A stretch of 62,721 bases of DNA, the filler included, from Sanchytrium tribonematis (taxonomy: Eukaryota), in assembly GCA_018985235.1 (NCBI GenBank). It is 11 parts of 11 records of this genome, joined end to end, with 100 filler letters (N's around TTAATTAATTAA, not from the genome) between each part and the next. Parts side by side here need not be neighbours in the genome. Positions count along the whole stretch, not along the records: positions 58,895 to 62,721 come from JADGIG010000797.1; 10 more parts are not named here. One strand, given 5' to 3'. Under the pieces are notes generated by a model that saw only the letters and a list, made by a program, of their open reading frames with translations, did no database searches and had not been told where the DNA came from. Below are positions 59,493-62,721 of the stretch, piece after piece (positions within the stretch are counted from its first letter, which is position 1; each line of letters starts with the position of its first letter). The translations under genes were made by a program, and so were the position numbers.

Positions 59493-60302
59493 TTACTTTC
59501 TTGTCTTTGTTCCACCAGCCATTTCTCTCAATTTCTCCTTCAAAAATGTTCCTCCAACCTTGAGGGACTGAAATACTTTTCCGATCGTTCCTAAAAGACT
59601 TTTTTCACCGGAAACACTAACAGTTATGACTATACTTACGACAACCATCGCCAAATTTTTAATGGCATCTGATTTAACGACTCTTGACCAATTAATTGCT
59701 GACGCAAATCTTACTACTTCAGGGCCGATGTTATTGATTAACTTATAAGTGTACAAAGAAATAGCCGCGAAGCCAAAGGCGTAGACAATGCCCCTGAATT
59801 CGGCTAAACTCACTACTTTACTCTCTACTTTTTGAATGGGTGGATTTTCTTCTGCTTTTTTTCTTATCATTCTTTTCTTTAATTCCACATAGGGATTTTG
59901 ATGTACATTTACCCACTTAGTCAGAATTGCTTCAGCTTCCTGCATAACTTCTTCGTCAGATGAGATCGAGTCTAAGAGATCTGCCCAAAACTCAAACAAT
60001 TGAGCCTTTAATTCTTCAGATACACTCAAATTAGGCAATTTGCATGTTTCCATTCTCCCACTTTGAATGCACTCATTTAATTGCGTGGCATCGATCTCAT
60101 CAATTTGAGGATTTTCCAACTTAATTTGGTTCTTCAAATGTTCAATTTTGTCTATATCATAAGGATTCAAATCACTTGATGATCCCGTTGATTCACCTTT
60201 TTGAGGGAGAGCATCGATAGTAGATAAGTCAGATGACTCAATGGCTGCGTTTCTCGCCCAATCTGTTTTCTTTGAAAACATTGAAATGATCAAAAACAAC
60301 AT
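59493..60302 (-). CDS. Hypothetical membrane-associated protein
   Basis: Long ORF with hydrophobic N-terminus and two hydrophobic segments; start uncertain. Confidence 0.6.
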   Translation of the reverse strand: MLFLIISMFSKKTDWARNAAIESSDLSTIDALPQKGESTGSSSDLNPYDIDKIEHLKNQIKLENPQIDEIDATQLNECIQSGRMETCKLPNLSVSEELKAQLFEFWADLLDSISSDEEVMQEAEAILTKWVNVHQNPYVELKKRMIRKKAEENPPIQKVESKVVSLAEFRGIVYAFGFAAISLYTYKLINNIGPEVVRFASAINWSRVVKSDAIKNLAMVVVSIVITVSVSGEKSLLGTIGKVFQSLKVGGTFLKEKLREMAGGTKTRK

Positions 60303-60427
60303 GTGCACAGTGAAAGTACCCGTGATTCTATTTATGTCTAATCGAACCAATAAAGCGCATTAAAACTGGTTACAAATAACTCCTCTGGTTTTACGTCGTT
60401 GTACAAAAGAGTACAAACTTTTCTGAT

Positions 60428-62721
60428 TTATTCACTATATCCCAAATAGTCTGTAGTTGTGCTTTGTTTTCTTTTAATTTGCTTAAATCTCCCACGACTC
60501 ACTACATGTCCCATTAATATCACACTAATCAACATTCTCAAAATAGCAGATAGATTCAATATAGCCACCATTTGGACTGAATTGAAGATGGCATCAATAT
60601 TAGAATGAGAAATGGATTGGATTGTAGTAGTTTCATTCTGAGTGGATAATGGGATGATGGATGGAATATTGGGAATATTGGATGTAGTAGATGGTTGTTT
60701 GGATTGAATTAATGCTTTACGGGTGATGATGGGTGCTATATGAGAATAAATTACGATTTATAGTGATTATGGGAAGAGGGGATGTGCTAGTCGATTCAAT
60801 ATTATTCAGTACATTAAATGACTCACTACCAATGGATTCTAAAATAGTTGAAAGTGTCAGACTGGATTGCCAACTGGATTTCAAACTGGATTTCAAAGTA
60901 GATGGCGCATTGGGTTTCGAAAAATAGTCAGATACTTCACAATTTTGTAAATTTAATAAATTAGACTGATTGTATAATAAATTACCACTTAAATCACATC
61001 CAGATATCAATTTAGGATTCAATACAGTCACATTAGATATCAAATTATCATGAATATAAATATTTATAGTAGAAGTTGATTTAAATAATAATTGACCACT
61101 GATTTGATTACGCGTGAGTTGATTTTTAATACCAATGACCAAATCAGATAATTTAGATGGTATTTGTGGAATTAAACCAGTGATGAAATTGCTTTGTACA
61201 TACAAATAGACTAAATTATTTGAAAATGTGGGTGGTATTTGGGTTAATTTGTTGTATGAGACATCTAAATACGTCATTGTATCTGTCATATTGGGAATAT
61301 TACCAATAAATTGATTTTGATGGAAATCAGCAATGGCTAAACTACTGCCAAATAGTGGCAAATATGAATTGAATTGATTGTTATTTGCATATAGACTATT
61401 TAAAGTGGTTGGGATGATAAATGTACCATTGAATTGATTATCTGCTATATTCAAATTAGTTTTTAAATTGGGAAATATGAAATTAGAAAATGATCCTTTA
61501 AAATGATTAAAATTGAGATCCAACGAAGTTAAATAGGAAGAATTGTATTTTGTACCATTTAATAAATTACCAGTCAAGGCTAATCCTTGTAAAGATGGTG
61601 GAAAACTACCCACAATCTTTATAATTTGATTAAATGCCAATCTTAATTGTGAAATAGTTGGAGGAATTAGTGCAAAATCTAAAATGACATTTGTACCACC
61701 TTGATTCTGATAATCCCAATTAATATAAGTCACACTTCCTTGACTACACCCAATATTTTCTGCAGTACAACAATTATCCACCAAAGTTGAAAAATAAACA
61801 GGATTTTGTATATTTAAATAAAATGATTTTGCAAGTGATATCAGCTTATTACAATCATCATTAATTGGCTGAATATTCCCAATTAAACAATCAGATGGTA
61901 AATTCAATTGTTTAATGAATAAATTTCCCCTTACATCACAAACAAGTCCACTTCCAAATCCACCAGCAACCACATTGACTCCAGATATCTTGTTATAGCT
62001 AATATTCACTTGATAATGACTAGAATACATTGTAAAATTACCAGTAAATTGATTATTTGATATATCTATTTGTTGAACATACTCTGAATTTAATAAATTG
62101 GATACATTTCCAGTCAAATTATTGTGTCTCAAATTTAATGTTTGAAAGGGTCTCAAATTCCCTTGAAATAACCCACTTAATCGATTAAAACTCAAATCCA
62201 AGTTTCTCAATGCATTTAAACTAGTAATATTCCCAATAAATTGATTATATCTCCCACTTAATTCAGTCATAAATGGTGGAATAGCTGGTATTTTCCCACT
62301 TAAATAATTGTAATCTATTCTAATCTGTATTAAATTAGTTGGAAATGATGGTAAATTACCACTTAATTGATTAAATCTCATATATCCATGCACCAATGTT
62401 GATGGAAACACAATAGATCCATTAAATTGATTATTAGCAATGAATAAATCCTTGACATTATTTAATAATGGTATTTTCCCACTCAATTGATTATAAGTCA
62501 CATCAAATGCAATCAAAGTACTACTACTATTCAAATTTAATGTCCCATTCAATAAATTACATCCCAATTTCAAATTACTGATTGGTAATTTAAAATGTAC
62601 TTGTCCCGTCAACAAATTATTATATAAATTCAAAGTATCTAGATATTCTGGTAATATAACATTTGTAATATTACCATTTAATTGTTTATTACTCCAATCA
62701 ATGCTAATCACATTGTTATTG
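60428..62721 (-). CDS. Plant-type LRR receptor-like surface protein, 5'-truncated; join(>62721..60755, 60735..60428)
   Basis: Lx.N.LxGxIP repeats in two blocks separated by a Cys cap (DCNKL...NCC...IGC...VTYINW); S/T stalk; splicing adds a TM-like segment and basic tail RGRFKQIKRK. Confidence 0.85.
60736..60754 (-). other. 19-nt spliceosomal intron in the LRR gene
   Basis: GTAATTTATTCTCATATAG; removal bypasses the stop at 60717 and opens about 100 more codons. Confidence 0.75.

Noticed and set aside
1..62721. Alternative genetic code (TAA/TAG read as Gln, as in some aphelids) as the cause of broken ORFs
   Set aside because: Conserved genes end at TAA, TAG or TGA in the expected places and long genes have no in-frame stops; the breaks are frameshifts
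1..62721. tRNA, rRNA or CRISPR loci
   Set aside because: None recognised by eye; small ncRNAs cannot be excluded without a covariance-model search

Overview
AT-rich, very gene-dense eukaryotic DNA read in the standard genetic code. The gene set (fungal QCR10, Ecl1, Pex24p-type and App1-type proteins, plus a DNAAF1-like flagellar factor, TOP3A with zinc fingers and a PAZ-containing Dicer) suggests an early-diverging zoosporic fungus with a compacted genome; a sanchytrid-like lineage is my inference only. The window is not one locus. It is 11 contigs joined by ten identical 100-bp artificial linkers (N44-TTAATTAATTAA-N44): ten contigs of about 3.83-3.87 kb and one of 23.2 kb, so adjacency across linkers has no meaning. 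Content: about 50 mostly housekeeping genes, several lineage-specific secreted or surface families (Cys-rich tandem trio, CAP-like, plant-type LRR receptor-like), and one contig of decayed transposons (Tc1 DD34E and Helitron Rep). The most striking result is a set of ultra-short spliceosomal introns of 19-20 nt in four unlinked genes (Rap1, Ubp8/USP22, Arp3, an LRR receptor). Each is needed to restore the reading frame and each has an A exactly 6 nt from the 3' end, the same position as the branch A of a canonical 72-nt GTATGT..TACTAAC-GTAG intron that splits the Rap1 start codon. Other genome-wide signatures: a TTTGAAAC motif just upstream of many start codons, AATAAA fused to stop codons, and 9-130 bp divergent intergenic regions. 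A RecB/Cas4-like PD-(D/E)XK nuclease ORF of possible viral origin also deserves a look.
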